A stretch of DNA of 63,403 nt, the filler included, from Octopus bimaculoides (lineage: Eukaryota): assembly GCF_001194135.2 (NCBI RefSeq). It is 8 parts of 7 records of this genome, joined end to end, with 100 filler letters (N's around TTAATTAATTAA, not from the genome) between each part and the next. Parts side by side here need not be neighbours in the genome. Positions count along the whole stretch, not along the records: positions 61,291 to 63,403 come from NC_069002.1; 7 more parts are not named here. The stretch is one strand, 5' to 3'. This document shows positions 61,961 through 63,403 of this stretch, piece after piece (position 1 is the first letter of the stretch; every line of letters starts with the position of its first letter). Under the pieces are notes generated by a model. It saw only the letters and a program-made list of their open reading frames with translations, was not told the DNA's origin and ran no database searches. The translations under genes and the position numbers were made by a program.

Positions 61961-63097
61961 CTAATTCATGTAACATTTTACTCGTTCAAGGAAAAACTAG
62001 TTGCGTATAAATCACCAACGGTGACCTCCCCTTACAGACGACCATTGTAGGTTTGGATTTGAAACGTGCAGTGGTTTGCCGTCGTTAATTAGCTAACAAT
62101 GGTTGCTCGGCTTTCTACTTGCTTCAAAGAAGATCAGCGTTAGTTATTATTTATTCACGATAAATTTATATCTTTATTTTCCGTTTGAAGTGCAAGTTAA
62201 TTTGGCACAAATCACTGATAGGGTTTCCCTCTAGGTTCTATCACGCAGGTTTCGAGTTAAAATGTCCAGGTAAATATTACGTTAGCCAAAGCCACAAAAC
62301 CTTTCTGTTTGCTTCGAAGAAAAGCATTGAATTGAACGACCCGTTTCTATACGCTAAAAGTGTATTAGGGACTGAAATCCGCCGATGATTTTATAATAAA
62401 GGAATACTATTCTTCCACTACAGGGTGTCTAGAAGTATTTAAAAAAAATTTTTTAAAGGCTGCACAGGTAGTTTGGTTTCTATGGAGATACAGAGTCCAA
62501 TGGACTTGAAAAGCAGGGTGATGTTCTTCAGTAGCTTATTGTGGATAGTTCTATGGCACCCCTACATATAGCATCTTTCCTGTACAAACTAAACGTGGTG
62601 GTTGGGATCTAGTTGAAAATATAATAGATTGTATGACTAGTGAAGAAATGATAACACACAAGTACAGAATACGACCAAAAAGTATCCGTAGGTGTTTTTG
62701 TCTGCTGTACTCTATCGCAAACGAAGTTTGGCAATTGATAACCGTGTCATCGTCTAGCTAATGTTTTAACGTTAACTTCTCAGTTACTATCATTGTTTCA
62801 ACCGGTGCACATCATCTGTTTGCTATTGAAAATTTTATCAAGAATGTTGATTCTAAGAGGTCGCATTTAGCATCCTCTGCGTGAGGGCCGACGTGCAGAA
62901 TTATAATTATATAAGCAGTAGAACCAAAGACCTAGATGTAAAGTTAGATATCAACGTAGCAAAAGGTAACGTTTTCGCCTTTAAACTTAAATATAGTCTA
63001 ACAGACACCGCGGCTTTGGGGATTGTCAGTGTTAGCAAGTATCTTATTTATGAATATTTATAATGATGTTACATATGAATATTTATAATGATGTTAC

Positions 63098-63360
63098 ATA
63101 AGGAAAAATTCTGGCCTCGACCTGTGGCTTGTCACCACTGACGTCATTATCTGCTTTAACAGCATCAACGGTTAGGGCAGGGCAAGATTTAATCTATTTA
63201 TGATTGTTGATGTTTATCAATCGATTTCCAAAGCATTGTTATGCATGTTAGGACAACTCACCTACCTGAAAAGGATTCAGTCTGCGACGCCCCACTGGTT
63301 CTTTTGGTTTGGAATTGATATCCGATTGAAGAAAAGTTAGAAGAAATTATTAGATAGCAT
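63098..63360 (-). CDS. Two weak candidate minus-strand exons (63360-63266 and 63150-63098)
   Basis: AG/GT-flanked open segments whose phases join: ..KRTSGASQTESFS-D-NDVSGDKPQVEARIFPY. No family recognised. Confidence 0.2.
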
Positions 63361-63368
63361 CTAGGTGA

Positions 63369-63403
<35 letters not shown>

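Noticed and set aside
62881-63063. 60-aa + strand ORF of complex composition
   Set aside because: GTG start, no recognisable domain and no consistent splice sites; expected by chance at this length.

Overview
This is AT-rich, microsatellite-dense, gap-riddled eukaryotic DNA. It is inferred to be cephalopod, most likely Octopus, from SINE families I recall as octopus repeats and a mollusc-like 5S remnant; this was not confirmed by any search. The window is eight sequence blocks joined by seven identical artificial 100-nt linkers (44 N + TTAATTAATTAA + 44 N). No complete protein-coding gene is visible, and almost all long ORFs in the track are artefacts of N-runs or simple repeats. Supported content: (1) a tRNA-Gly(GCC) cluster with one intact, one mutated and one anticodon-deleted copy; (2) a 5S rRNA pseudogene; (3) four SINE-like families; (4) decayed RTE and RLE-type LINEs and a Penelope GIY-YIG fragment; (5) mariner, two DD35D pogo-like, hAT/Buster and Merlin DNA-transposon remnants and MITEs; (6) one plausible orphan terminal exon. 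The most notable signal is nine hammerhead-ribozyme (HHR) or HHR-like motifs. Four of them sit in a 1.3-kb ORF-less module (46139-47412) built from inverted repeats and a 206-bp foldback, a candidate non-autonomous Penelope/retrozyme-like element. The other five belong to two dispersed families that each share a core substitution (CCGAUGA, CUGUUGA).
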